DNA from: a virus
Taxonomy: Duplodnaviria > Caudoviricetes
IMG/VR virus record: IMGVR_UViG_3300032295_001565
Coordinates: 1 to 42,163 of that record
DNA length: 42,163 nt
Reading direction: 5' to 3' (one strand)
Part shown: one piece after another, positions 42,163 to 42,163 of the stretch
Position numbering within the stretch: the stretch's first letter is position 1
Layout: every line of letters starts with the position of its first letter
Notes under the pieces: generated by a model
The model's input: only the letters and a program-made list of their open reading frames with translations
The model's database searches: none
What the model was told of the DNA's origin: nothing
Position numbers and translations under genes: made by a program

Positions 42163-42163
42163 A

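Noticed and set aside
1-42163. Stop-codon reassignment
   Set aside because: Long genes are intact in the standard code and TAG ends several genes at expected positions (e.g. 1096, 34547, 39358).

Overview
A 42-kb, AT-rich slice of a large T4-related myophage, almost entirely the virion morphogenesis region, with every credible gene on the minus strand. Reading in the direction of transcription (right to left): head-associated acidic/basic proteins, gp21-type prohead protease, scaffold, TWO tandem gp23-type major capsid genes, a 35-aa membrane peptide, PhoH, gp13/gp14/gp15-like neck proteins, a 2911-aa repetitive fibre plus four further fibre proteins (two with C-terminal Peptidase_S74-type chaperones), small accessory genes, tail sheath, tail tube, a gp26-like assembly chaperone with an apparent +1/-2 frameshift extension, tape measure, baseplate proteins (LysM protein; hub with a glucosaminidase-like C-terminus) and the start of a probable DNA polymerase. 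Mostly Shine-Dalgarno-free, A-rich start regions and TTTG-N19/20-TAnnTTTA promoters suggest a Bacteroidota host (inference). Most notable: (1) a [ST]-[GAS]-S tripeptide saturates predicted outer-surface virion domains, is nearly absent from internal or non-virion proteins, and survives substitution between the capsid paralogues - a candidate virion-wide glycosylation sequon; (2) two capsid paralogues nearly identical in the core but divergent in the insertion domain; (3) a possible neck-anchored branched fibre tree with structured 5' leaders; (4) a sense-strand ATATTTAT(A) late-promoter motif, the reverse complement of the T4 late promoter. No tRNA, CRISPR array or mobile element was seen. All family assignments are from motif recognition and gene order, not database searches.
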